A stretch of 64,000 nucleotides of DNA from Rhodospirillum sp. (GCA_021741145.1 JAIOYK010000002.1:100170-164169); one strand, 5' to 3'; positions 16,442-25,621 are shown, counted from the stretch's first letter. Notes: generated from the sequence alone by a model not told the origin. Program-made: numbers and translations.

Positions 16442-17992
16442 TCACTGTGTCTTGGCGCCTTGGCTTTCCATGGCTTCCAAGCTTTGCTTGGCCAGGGGAT
16501 GCCCATTGGCGGCGGCGACGTTGAGCCAATGGAGGGCCTGCTCTTTGTCCGGCATAACCCCAATTCCTTTGAGGTACATGACCCCTAGATTGTTCTGGGC
16601 GCTGACGAATCCCTTGCGCGCGGCCCGTTCGGTCAGTTGGAACGCCCGTTGGGGGTCGCGGGGAACGCCCTGTCCAGCGGCGTAGAGAACCGCGAGGTTG
16701 TACAGGGCCAGGGGATCGTCTTTCTCGGCCAGGGGTTCGAGAAGTTGGGCGGCCAGAGTGAAATTCCCGGCCTGAGCCGCCGCGGTGGCCGCGGTCATGG
16801 GATCCCGATTGGCCGGGGTCGCGGGCGGGTTCACCCTTGCGGGCGGCGGTGCGGTGGCGGGGGCTGTCGCGGGCGCGGGTGCCGGATCCACCCTGACCGC
16901 GGGGGGAGCCGTCACGACAGGGAGAGGCGCGGGAGCCGGTTCCAGCGCGGCTGCCGGACGAGGAGACGGCGGGGCCGCCTGGGCCTCGGGCGACGGTCCT
17001 GGTTCGGGTCTTTTATCCATGGTCGGGGGAATGCTCAATTCCTGACGGGTCAGGGACCCCGTTTCCCGATCCTTGGTCGCGGCGGCTTGCTCCGGTTCGG
17101 TCCGATCCGTTTCCGGGGAAGGCCGGATGGTTTTGGTCGCCGAGGGACCTTCGAATAGCGTCGCCGCGGTGGAGGGAAGGAACTCCTTCGGCGACCGGGA
17201 TTCAAGGACAGGTGCTCCCTCCGGTACGGGGGAGACCGTCGCGGTGTCGGAGGGTGGGGACACCGAGGCGGGCGCTGGAGGTGGTTCCGGATCCACCGCT
17301 TTGGCGGGCGTGGTGCTGGCGACGGGTGCTTCTGGCGCGCTCACCGGCTCGGCGGGGGGGGCTGGCGCGTTGAGGGGACGGTATCCCGTGGGGGGGACCG
17401 TCCGGTTCAAGGGGGATTGCCACGTCGTCCGGTCCGATGCCTTCAAGGCGGACGCCGCGGCCCTTTGGGTGGGGTCGGTCACCGAAGTCGGCGCCGTCCC
17501 GTTGTCTCGCGGGGCGACGACGGGGGGTGGGGACGGGCTCGGAGGCCGCGGCGCGGTCGATGCCCCTGCTCCGGTCGAGGTCATGCCGATGGGATGGACC
17601 ATGTTCGCGCAAGCCATGGGAACGACCGCGCAGGTCAGGCCAGCGGTGCCGGCGGCGGCGCAGAAGGCATGGGCCTGGGATGTGCTTTCCGCGGGAAGCA
17701 GGATCCGCCGTGTCTGGCCTTCGGTACAGTCGAGGGCCATCTGGCCGGGTGCCTTGAGGGAAAAGGCCCGCCACGCATTCAGCTGCGCGGATTCCGAGGG
17801 GAAGGGACCCAGTTGGGCCGCTGGTGTCGATCCGTCGGTCCGATTCTGGGCAAGGGCAACCCCCGCGGAGGTCACACAAGTCCCGACGCTCAGGCTCAAG
17901 GCCAACCGCAAGGCCAGTCCCAAGGCAAGCCGGGGACCAATCAAGGCGATCTGCTTGGAAACCTCAAGCACCGTTTTGCCTGAACAACTCAT
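16442..17992 (-). CDS. secreted Sel1-like-repeat protein with long Pro/Ala/Ser-rich linker
   Basis: The N-terminal hydrophobic signal-like segment is LALGLALRLALSLSVG. About 250-300 aa of PAP/PPA-rich low complexity follow. The C-terminal Sel1 repeats are LALYNLAVLYAAGQGVPRDPQRAFQLTERAARKGFVSAQNNLGVMYLKGIGVMPDKEQALHWLNVAAANGH. Confidence 0.75.
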   Translation of the reverse strand: MSCSGKTVLEVSKQIALIGPRLALGLALRLALSLSVGTCVTSAGVALAQNRTDGSTPAAQLGPFPSESAQLNAWRAFSLKAPGQMALDCTEGQTRRILLPAESTSQAHAFCAAAGTAGLTCAVVPMACANMVHPIGMTSTGAGASTAPRPPSPSPPPVVAPRDNGTAPTSVTDPTQRAAASALKASDRTTWQSPLNRTVPPTGYRPLNAPAPPAEPVSAPEAPVASTTPAKAVDPEPPPAPASVSPPSDTATVSPVPEGAPVLESRSPKEFLPSTAATLFEGPSATKTIRPSPETDRTEPEQAAATKDRETGSLTRQELSIPPTMDKRPEPGPSPEAQAAPPSPRPAAALEPAPAPLPVVTAPPAVRVDPAPAPATAPATAPPPARVNPPATPANRDPMTAATAAAQAGNFTLAAQLLEPLAEKDDPLALYNLAVLYAAGQGVPRDPQRAFQLTERAARKGFVSAQNNLGVMYLKGIGVMPDKEQALHWLNVAAANGHPLAKQSLEAMESQGAKTQ

Positions 17993-19097
17993 AGGAGAAC
18001 GATCCCGAGAAGCCTTGGAAAAAGAGGATTTGGCGCAGCACCTGATCCATCAGGCGACCGGCCTGGGCCAGCTTGGAGGGCGGCACGTAGACGATGGCGT
18101 TGTCCGGCAGGGTGATGTCCTCCTCCAACGCCAGATTGGTCAGAACATTGGACAGGTTGACCCGTCGGAGATGGGGCTGACCCTGGTCGTCCACGTAGAG
18201 TACCCGCACATTGGTCAGGTTGCCCGTCGTTTCGATGCCTCCGGCCCGGGCGATGCTCATCAAAACGGTTTGGGGACGGTTGGTTTCCACCATGCCAGGG
18301 TTCCGGACCTCGCCGAACACGAAAAGGCGGTCGCCGCCGGTCTGCTTGGGCAGGATGCTGACGTCGATGTTCAGACCCGATCTGGCGTAGGCGGTGCTCA
18401 CCTCCTCCGTCAGCTTGTCCAAGGTCTTGTCCGTGGCTTGGATGGGCGACAAGTAGGGGAGCGCCAACATACCGTCGGAGGTGACGGGGACGACCTTTGC
18501 CCGGCCCTGGGTGATGGATTCAATGTCTTGGATAAACCGATCCTCGGGCAGGATCCAGCCTTCCAGGGATACGGACGGGTTACTATTCTGGAAAACCTCG
18601 CCGTACTTGGCGCGAACCGCGGCGTTCAGGGAGCGAACGTCCCGGCCCGCGGCCATCACTTCGCCCGTTTCCGGCAGGCTGATCCACCCGTCCGGGCGGA
18701 CTTTCGCCGTGGTATTCAAGGCGGTATCGCCGGGGAAAGTGATCGCGACCTGATCCCCCACCTGCAGGTCATAGGTCTTCACCGTGGTGGGACGGGCGTG
18801 GAACAGGACTTCCAACTGGTCGCCGATGCGCGGCGTGTATTGGGCGCGGCCCCGTTGGAGACTCTTGACCAGGGTTTGGCGCATGACCTCCTTTTCCGCA
18901 TCGGAGAATTCGGAGATATAGACGGGATCCTCTCCGGTTGTCTGGTCAAAGGTTGGGCCACCACAGGCCGATAACAGCACCATCAACCCCAGCAGGCCAA
19001 ACAGCACAAGGCCAAGACCGAGTCGGTCATTTCGCGACCGGTTGTTTCGTGGAGACCGCTTTCCTTCGTCCCCAATCAAACGTCTCAAGGTCCGCAT
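17964..19097 (-). CDS. outer-membrane polysaccharide export lipoprotein (Wza/GumB/ExoF family)
   Basis: Lipobox LLSAC after a hydrophobic signal. Poly_export-like PRIGDQLEVLF..., repeated SLBB-like segments (VFGEVRNPG, VRVLY) and a hydrophobic C-terminus. The start is trimmed to MRTLRRL at 19097. Confidence 0.85.
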   Translation of the reverse strand: MRTLRRLIGDEGKRSPRNNRSRNDRLGLGLVLFGLLGLMVLLSACGGPTFDQTTGEDPVYISEFSDAEKEVMRQTLVKSLQRGRAQYTPRIGDQLEVLFHARPTTVKTYDLQVGDQVAITFPGDTALNTTAKVRPDGWISLPETGEVMAAGRDVRSLNAAVRAKYGEVFQNSNPSVSLEGWILPEDRFIQDIESITQGRAKVVPVTSDGMLALPYLSPIQATDKTLDKLTEEVSTAYARSGLNIDVSILPKQTGGDRLFVFGEVRNPGMVETNRPQTVLMSIARAGGIETTGNLTNVRVLYVDDQGQPHLRRVNLSNVLTNLALEEDITLPDNAIVYVPPSKLAQAGRLMDQVLRQILFFQGFSGSFSYELFRQNGA

Positions 19098-19242
19098 GCT
19101 TCCTCGGTTTTTCGCGGCGATGTGGTCGGGGCTGTCATCTCCTCGCGTCGCGTCACGCTTTCGTGTAGGTATCGTAAGGTATGGGGATTCGCGAAAAACA
19201 CAACCGTTACCAAGACGTGACTCTCCCTTTGGAGCAAATGGG

Positions 19243-20619
19243 ATGACCGGTCGTGGGGTGCTGGGCCGACTGCGCGACCTTATGGGGGACGGCGCGTCGG
19301 ACCGGCGGTATTTGTTGGGTAAGGGAGGACTGGACCTGTCCGCCAGGGTTCTCGGCGTGGTCCTTGTTCTCGGCTGGTCGATCATGCTGACCCGCATCAT
19401 GGGACCCACGGACTATGGCCGATATGTCTATGTCATGTCGGCGGTCTTCTTCTCCTCCCTGGTGGGGGGGCTTGGGATGCCGGTGGCGACGTCCTATTAT
19501 ATCCAGCGATATATCCGCACGCGGGGGTGGCGTATGGCGGGCTACCTCTGGACCGCCTTTTCCATCACCATTCTTGGGCCGAGCCTGACGACACTGGGCG
19601 TGTGGGCGGCGGTGCGCCTGTACGGTGGAACCATGTTTGATGGGTTCACCCTGGTTGGTGTGTTGGTGTTTGGCGTCGGTACGGCCGCGGTGACTCTGCT
19701 GACCTACGCCAATCGGGCTTTGGAGGAATCCACCTTCAGCGCCTTTTGCGAACAGGTCTGGCAAAAGATCGCCAGTTTTATTTTTATCGCGGGCGTCTTC
19801 CTGGTGGGGGCTTCCCTTTCACCGGAGGTCGCGCTGGCGGCATCCACCTTTGGGGCTTGGCTTGCCGCCCTTCCCCTTTTGCGGGTGGTCTGGCGCAAGG
19901 CCATGGCCGGGCGCCCCAGCGCGACCTCTCGACAGGTGAAGCGCCTGCTTCCCCTGTGGATGCGTCGGTCGATGATCATGATGATCACACCGCTCTATTT
20001 CATTGTCCTCTCTGAAACGGATGTATTGATGCTGGGGGCCATCACCACCCCGGCCATGGTCGCCATCTACCATGTGGCCCGTCGGGTGGCGATCTTGGTT
20101 CGATTCGTCCAGATCGCCGTGGTGGGCGTGGGCATGCACCGCTTTGCCGCGGCCCATATGGACCAGGATGGCAAACGGTTGCAGGACCTGCTGGATTCCA
20201 TGACCCTGATCGCATTGGTGCCCGCGCTGATCGGATGGGTGAGCTTCCTGGTGCTCGGCCCCTTCCTGTTGAGCCTGTTCGGCCCGGAAATGAAGGCCGG
20301 ATATGTCGCCTTGATGCTGCTTGCCACCGCGGGCGTCTATGACATCGCCATGGGACCGTCCACGGAGCTTTTAATGATGACCGGTCAGGAAAAGATCGTT
20401 GGCATGGTCAATATTGGTGCCGGAGTGTTGAATATCCTGGCCAATTTTCTGCTGATCCCGTCCCTCCAATTTGAGGGCGCGGCCCTCGCCACCCTGCTTT
20501 GTGTGCTTCTGTGGAAGGGAAGCTTGGCCTGGGTGGCTTGGCGTCGCCTGGGTGTCATTACGCCCGTCTTGTTGCGCCTTCCCATCCTGTTGAGCCAGTT
20601 TCGCGCGGCGAGGGGGTAA
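19243..20619 (+). CDS. Wzx-type polysaccharide flippase (MOP superfamily)
   Basis: 458 aa with about 12 predicted hydrophobic helices. The N-terminus has the LLGKGGLDLSARVLGVVL...MGPTDYG pattern typical of polysaccharide biosynthesis (PST) proteins. The start at 19243 has GGAG 9 nt upstream. Confidence 0.8.
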   Translation: MTGRGVLGRLRDLMGDGASDRRYLLGKGGLDLSARVLGVVLVLGWSIMLTRIMGPTDYGRYVYVMSAVFFSSLVGGLGMPVATSYYIQRYIRTRGWRMAGYLWTAFSITILGPSLTTLGVWAAVRLYGGTMFDGFTLVGVLVFGVGTAAVTLLTYANRALEESTFSAFCEQVWQKIASFIFIAGVFLVGASLSPEVALAASTFGAWLAALPLLRVVWRKAMAGRPSATSRQVKRLLPLWMRRSMIMMITPLYFIVLSETDVLMLGAITTPAMVAIYHVARRVAILVRFVQIAVVGVGMHRFAAAHMDQDGKRLQDLLDSMTLIALVPALIGWVSFLVLGPFLLSLFGPEMKAGYVALMLLATAGVYDIAMGPSTELLMMTGQEKIVGMVNIGAGVLNILANFLLIPSLQFEGAALATLLCVLLWKGSLAWVAWRRLGVITPVLLRLPILLSQFRAARG

Positions 20620-20622
20620 GCC

Positions 20623-22011
20623 ATGGGGACGGCTTGGCAAGGCAATGGTTTGGGGCGGGGGGAAACCGAAAGAGAGTTTGCCCCCCGGCGGCGGGGCATT
20701 GGACGGGTCGACCCCCTCCGTCTTCTGGCCGATGCCACGCTTGTCCTGGGGCTTGCCTATACCATCTGCGGCGCCATGCCCTTCAGTGGGGGCCTTGGCG
20801 GGGACCAATCCCAGGGGAATGCGTTGCTCCGGCTGATTCCCATCAGTCTTTTCGCCATGGCGGTTCCTCTCCTGATCGTCCGCTGGCCCTTGGTGCGGGT
20901 GATGCTGACGCGGAATTGGGTGATGGTGGTCACGCTTGGTTGGTTGGTCCTATCCATCGGGTGGTCCGACCTGCCCGGTTTGAGTGTGCGCCGTGTCGGC
21001 TTTCTGATCGTCGGCTATTTGACGGCGTTGGGCGTGGCGGCCTGGGCCGACGACATCGAGCGGACGACCAAGATCATGGCGGCTCTTTTGACCATTGTCG
21101 TTCTCATCGACTTGGCCTCGGTTCCCCTGGTGCCTCACCTGGCCATGAGCGACGAAGGGGCTCGGGGCATGCATTCACAAAAAAACCAAGCCGGCGCGGT
21201 CTGTTTGCTGGCCATCATTGCTCTTTCCTTTTGTCTGCCCTCCATGCGTCGCCTTTTCGGGGTGGCCATGGTGGTCGGTCCGATGGTGCTGACCGTGGTC
21301 TTCCTGGTCCTGACCCGATCCAAAACCTCGATGGCCTTGGTGGGGCTTTACATGGTGTTTCTCCTGCCCCTTTGCGCCGGTTTGGCTTGGGAGCGGGGGA
21401 AGGGGGTCGTTCTGGTACTTTTCGCCGGGGTCGTGGTGTCCCTGTTTGTCCTGACCATTGGTGTCGAGGGCTGGACTCTGCCCGACGTGCTGACGCTGAT
21501 TTTCGGGGATCCGACCTTCACGGGGCGGACCGATATCTGGGATTTTGCCTTCGACCAGATCGCCCAAAGGCCCGTCTTCGGAACCGGTTATGGCGCCTTC
21601 TGGGATGCGGGAGAGGCCCATGACTACCTTCGGCATGCCAATAACTGGTTGCGTTTCACACCCGTGGGCGTCATCAACCAAACCCACAATGGCTATATTG
21701 ATCTGTGGGTCCAGGCGGGGCTTCCCGCCATGGTTGGGGGAGTCATGGTGATGGTCCGCCCCCTTGTGCTGGCGGGTCTCGGTTTGGCCCGGGACAGTTG
21801 GGGCCGCGCTCAGTGGATCGGCTATGCTCAGCTTTTCTGCCTGATGATGCTGTTTCTGGTCTACAACCTCATGGAAAGCGCCGTGCTCAGCCGGGTACAC
21901 TTTTTCGGGTATATTATTTTCCTCTATGCGCTTTTCGCGGAGCGGTGGACCATGCCCGATATCGCCCTTTCGCGGCGGGCCCCTTCTCCGGGCTGGGGAG
22001 AGACCGGATGA
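20623..22011 (+). CDS. O-antigen ligase/polymerase-family membrane protein (Wzy_C-like), probable repeat-unit polymerase
   Basis: Polytopic membrane protein with MHSQKNQAG...LTRSKTSM and a large loop containing FGTGYGAFWDAG...THNGYIDLWVQAGL. This is the typical Wzy_C arrangement. The gene starts 3 nt after the wzx stop. Confidence 0.75.
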   Translation: MGTAWQGNGLGRGETEREFAPRRRGIGRVDPLRLLADATLVLGLAYTICGAMPFSGGLGGDQSQGNALLRLIPISLFAMAVPLLIVRWPLVRVMLTRNWVMVVTLGWLVLSIGWSDLPGLSVRRVGFLIVGYLTALGVAAWADDIERTTKIMAALLTIVVLIDLASVPLVPHLAMSDEGARGMHSQKNQAGAVCLLAIIALSFCLPSMRRLFGVAMVVGPMVLTVVFLVLTRSKTSMALVGLYMVFLLPLCAGLAWERGKGVVLVLFAGVVVSLFVLTIGVEGWTLPDVLTLIFGDPTFTGRTDIWDFAFDQIAQRPVFGTGYGAFWDAGEAHDYLRHANNWLRFTPVGVINQTHNGYIDLWVQAGLPAMVGGVMVMVRPLVLAGLGLARDSWGRAQWIGYAQLFCLMMLFLVYNLMESAVLSRVHFFGYIIFLYALFAERWTMPDIALSRRAPSPGWGETG

Positions 22012-22460
22012 TCCCGCGTCCCCTGATGCGCCATCCACTGCCCCAATGGTTGATCCGTCTTGTCGCTGGCGCGCTGATGCTGGTCGCCCTGGTGGGCTCG
22101 CTTTCGCCGGGGTTGGGCCCATCGAATGCCTACGGCATCGACAAGATGGTTCATGTTCTTGGTTACGCGGTCCTGGCCTTTTCCCTGGGGGAAGTCCGGG
22201 GCATACGCTGGCCTCTGGCGCTGACCTTGGCCATCACCATGGGCGGTTTGACGGAAGGGCTGCAGACCGCGGTCCCGGAGCGGAGTGGGTCCTGGGCGGA
22301 TTTCTTCGCGGGTGGACTGGGCGCCATTCTGGGGTTGGCCGGTCGGGCCGCCCTGTCCCACGCTCGGACCCAAGCCCGGAACGTCGCCGAGACCAAGGGT
22401 GTCTTGCCAGCGGGTGGGGCACCCGATCCGGTGCCCCACGATTCAGGAATGCAACCATGA
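22008..22460 (+). CDS. VanZ-like membrane protein
   Basis: 150 aa with four hydrophobic segments and DKMVHVLGYAVLAFSL...EGLQ...R..SWADFFAGGLGAILG, a VanZ-like pattern. The ATG overlaps the wzy stop (ATGA at 22008-22011). Confidence 0.7.
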   Translation: MIPRPLMRHPLPQWLIRLVAGALMLVALVGSLSPGLGPSNAYGIDKMVHVLGYAVLAFSLGEVRGIRWPLALTLAITMGGLTEGLQTAVPERSGSWADFFAGGLGAILGLAGRAALSHARTQARNVAETKGVLPAGGAPDPVPHDSGMQP

Positions 22461-23443
22461 CCTTCGCCCGGCCCGATCTGTCCGTTCTGGTTTGCACCTA
22501 TGACCGCACCGATCCCCTGAAGACCTGTCTGACCCATGTGCGGGACCAACGCGCCGTGGACGGCGGCCCGCTGGGCCTCGCCCTGGAGGTGATCGTCGTT
22601 GACAATGGACCGCTGGGCCATTCCCAGGCCATCGTCGAGGCGGTCTTCGCCGAAAGCGCCATCCCCGCCCGGCGGGTCGCCACCGCGCCGCCCAATATTT
22701 CCATCGCGCGGAATCGATGCCTGGCCGAGGCCCGGGCACCCCTGGTCCTGTTCCTGGACGATGACCAGAATTTGGCGCCCGATGCCATCGCCCAGGCCTT
22801 GGCGGTATTGGACGAGACCGGCGCGGACATCGTTCTAGGGCGGGTCAAGGCCGTGGACTTGGCGGGAACGCCCATCTCCAACCCTCTGCTCGGTGACATC
22901 TTCGGCCGCCGGTCGGCCCTGCCCCGGGGCGCGGCCTTGGCCGTCTACAGACCCCGTCGAACCCCTGGATTCACGCCTGGCACGGGCTTGAGTCTCTGGC
23001 GCGTGTCCCCTTGGCTGGAAGGCGCGGAACCCTTCGATCCTGCCTTTGGCGCCTGCGGCGGCGAGGATCTGGACCTGCTTATGCGCGTCGAGGCGGCGGG
23101 GGCTAAAATCCACTGGGCACCGGACTCCGTTGCCCTGGAAGGGGTGCCCGGAGATCGCATGACCGAACGCTATCTGATCACACGGGCTTATAGCGGCGCC
23201 CAGGTCTATGCCGCCGTCGCGGTGAAGAATACGCCGGAAACTCCGGGCCTCGCCCGGATCCTGGCGGTGAAGGGAGCGATCCAGGCCGCGGTCTGGGGAT
23301 CGCTGGCCCTGCTTCTGACCGTCGGTCCCAAGGGGCCTCGCCTGAAGGCCCGGGTGAAGGTGGCGTTGGCGCTGGGCAAACTGTTCTGGCGGAAACGGAT
23401 CCCGCTCTATCAGATGACCTTCGACGGGGAGAGCAAGGCATGA
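22457..23443 (+). CDS. family 2 glycosyltransferase (paralog of 9168-10157)
   Basis: LSVLVCTYDRTD, VIVVDNGP, ISIARNRCL, FLDDDQ (DxD) and GGEDLDLLMR, with a hydrophobic C-terminal segment. An ATGA overlap with vanZ lies at 22457-22460. Confidence 0.85.
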   Translation: MTFARPDLSVLVCTYDRTDPLKTCLTHVRDQRAVDGGPLGLALEVIVVDNGPLGHSQAIVEAVFAESAIPARRVATAPPNISIARNRCLAEARAPLVLFLDDDQNLAPDAIAQALAVLDETGADIVLGRVKAVDLAGTPISNPLLGDIFGRRSALPRGAALAVYRPRRTPGFTPGTGLSLWRVSPWLEGAEPFDPAFGACGGEDLDLLMRVEAAGAKIHWAPDSVALEGVPGDRMTERYLITRAYSGAQVYAAVAVKNTPETPGLARILAVKGAIQAAVWGSLALLLTVGPKGPRLKARVKVALALGKLFWRKRIPLYQMTFDGESKA

Positions 23444-25620
23444 CGACGGTTCTGGTCACCGGATCCGCGGGTTTCCTGGGAAGCACCGTCACCCGGACAT
23501 TGGCGAAGCGGGAAGGCTGGACCATTCGCGCCGGATACCGAGCCGGTGGTCACCTCCCACCGGAGGGAGAGGGTATCCAGCCCGTTTCCGCGGATGTTCT
23601 GGACCGCGCCGCCTTGGCCAAGGCCTGCGAGGGTGTGGATGCGGTCGTGCATTGCGCCATCGGCGACCGGAAAGTCACCGTGGAGGGGACTCGGATCCTG
23701 CTTGCCGCGGCCAAGGCGGCGGGCGTGCGCCGGGTGGTTCATGTCAGCACCATCGCCGTTTATGGACCCGCCGAGGGCGATGTGACCGAAGAGGTTCCCC
23801 TTGTCGGTCCCGTGGGGGCGGACTATTCCGCCGTCAAATCCGCGGCCGAGGCTGTCTGCCGGGAGGCTGTGTCGAGCGGCCAGGACGTTGTCATTCTGCG
23901 CCCATCCATTATCTACGGACCCGGGAGTGACCTTGGAGTCACGGCGCTCGTGAAACGTCTGGCTTCGGGCCGCTGGGGCACCTTCGGTTCGGGGGGCATG
24001 GGTGTCTGTGCCCTAATCCATGCCCGGGACATGGCCGGGGCCTGCGCCGCGGCCGTAGAAAATGCCTTTGGACCCACGCCCGTGGCGCCGGGGAGTGTCT
24101 ATACGATAGCCGGTCAGGATAGCCCCACGTGGAACGCCTATTTCACGGCCCTGAACACCGCCCTGGGCTTACCCCCTTTAAGGGAGATCTCGCCCCTGGC
24201 CCTGACCGTCCGTCTGGCCTTGGGTTTGCCCCTGAAGGCCTTGGGAAAGGTTCTCCCCAAGACTCGGGAAATGACGGGGCAGTTCCTGATGGGGGTTCCC
24301 GCCCTGTCGGAAATTGCCTTGTTCAAGCGCAAGGCCATCTACCGGCCCGACAAGGCGACGCGGGAATTGGGCTGGACTGGGACCATCGGCATGGAAGACG
24401 GACTCGCGGAGTCCGCGGTCTGGGTGAAGGACGCGGGCATCCTTCCCGCCCGGGCACGGTGGGGCATAGGAATAGCCTTCGTCGGGGGGGGCTTCGTCGC
24501 CGATCTGTATATGCAGACCCTGGGGGACCATCCGGAGCTGACTCTGGTGGGGGTCCATGACAGGGATCCAAAACGCCTGAAGGCATTCACCGAGCACCAT
24601 GGCTTAAAGGCCTACGACAGTCTGGAATCCCTGCTGGTCGATCCGAAGGTGGCCATCGTCGTCAATCTGACCAATCCTCGAAACCATGTGGAGATCTCCC
24701 GGGCCGCCCTGGAGGCGGGCAAGCATGTCTATTCGGAAAAGCCCTTGGCCATGACCCTGGAGGAGGCCAAGGCGTTGGCTTCGCTGGCCCGGGACAAGGG
24801 GCTCCTTCTGGCCGCGGCGCCCTGTAACCACCTGTCGGAATCCATCCAGACCTTGGCCCAGGCCCTTGGTAAAGGCTGGCTGGGACGCGCCCTGTTGGTT
24901 CAGGCGGAAATGGACGATGGCATGATTCCGGCGCTCGATCACGGCCATTGGCGGAGCATCTCCGGTGCTCCCTGGCCCTCGCGCGATGAGTTCGAGGTGG
25001 GGTGCACCATGGAGCACGCGGGCTACCAGATTGGTCCGTTGATCCACTTGTTCGGCCCCGTGCGCAAGGTAACCTCCCTCAACGCCTGCCGCCTCCCCGA
25101 CAAGGGCAAGGATGTCGGCGTTTCCGTGCTGTCACCGGACCTGTCCATCGGCTTGTTGGAATTCGATGATGGGGTGGTGGCACGCTTGACCAATAGTATT
25201 CTCGCGCCCCAGGACCGGTCCTTGCGGGTGGTGGGAGAGGCGGCCACGGCCTGGGTCCACGACGTTTGGGAATACGACGCGCCGGTCCGAATCGCGCCGG
25301 TGGGGGCCTCGGTCAAGCATAAGGTCGTTCGCAAGATCGAGAAGGCGCTGAACCGATGGGTCCCTGGCCTGATGCTCGGGCGCGCCCTGGCTTCGGTCCG
25401 TCCGGTGGTCGCGACCCGGCCCAAGGGTGGGGGGCACTTGATGGACTTCTCCCGGGGTATCGTGGCCCTGGCCGAACATCTGAACGGTGGTCCCAACCAG
25501 GTCCCCACGGACATGGCCCTGCATGTGACGGAAGTGGTCCTGGCCCTACAGATGCCCCCGGGCACGGCCATGCCCCTCACGATGACCACGACCGTGGATC
25601 GACAGCTTTCCAGGGGATGA
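23440..25620 (+). CDS. two-domain oxidoreductase: extended-SDR NAD-dependent epimerase/dehydratase fused to a Gfo/Idh/MocA-type dehydrogenase
   Basis: The N-terminal half has VLVTGSAGFLGS (GxxGxxG) and YSAVKSAAE (YxxxK). The C-terminal half has IAFVGGGFVADLYMQTL...VGVHDRD...YSEKPLA, a Gfo/Idh/MocA Rossmann plus EKP motif. An ATGA overlap with the GT2 lies at 23440-23443. Confidence 0.8.
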   Translation: MTTVLVTGSAGFLGSTVTRTLAKREGWTIRAGYRAGGHLPPEGEGIQPVSADVLDRAALAKACEGVDAVVHCAIGDRKVTVEGTRILLAAAKAAGVRRVVHVSTIAVYGPAEGDVTEEVPLVGPVGADYSAVKSAAEAVCREAVSSGQDVVILRPSIIYGPGSDLGVTALVKRLASGRWGTFGSGGMGVCALIHARDMAGACAAAVENAFGPTPVAPGSVYTIAGQDSPTWNAYFTALNTALGLPPLREISPLALTVRLALGLPLKALGKVLPKTREMTGQFLMGVPALSEIALFKRKAIYRPDKATRELGWTGTIGMEDGLAESAVWVKDAGILPARARWGIGIAFVGGGFVADLYMQTLGDHPELTLVGVHDRDPKRLKAFTEHHGLKAYDSLESLLVDPKVAIVVNLTNPRNHVEISRAALEAGKHVYSEKPLAMTLEEAKALASLARDKGLLLAAAPCNHLSESIQTLAQALGKGWLGRALLVQAEMDDGMIPALDHGHWRSISGAPWPSRDEFEVGCTMEHAGYQIGPLIHLFGPVRKVTSLNACRLPDKGKDVGVSVLSPDLSIGLLEFDDGVVARLTNSILAPQDRSLRVVGEAATAWVHDVWEYDAPVRIAPVGASVKHKVVRKIEKALNRWVPGLMLGRALASVRPVVATRPKGGGHLMDFSRGIVALAEHLNGGPNQVPTDMALHVTEVVLALQMPPGTAMPLTMTTTVDRQLSRG

Positions 25621-25621
25621 A

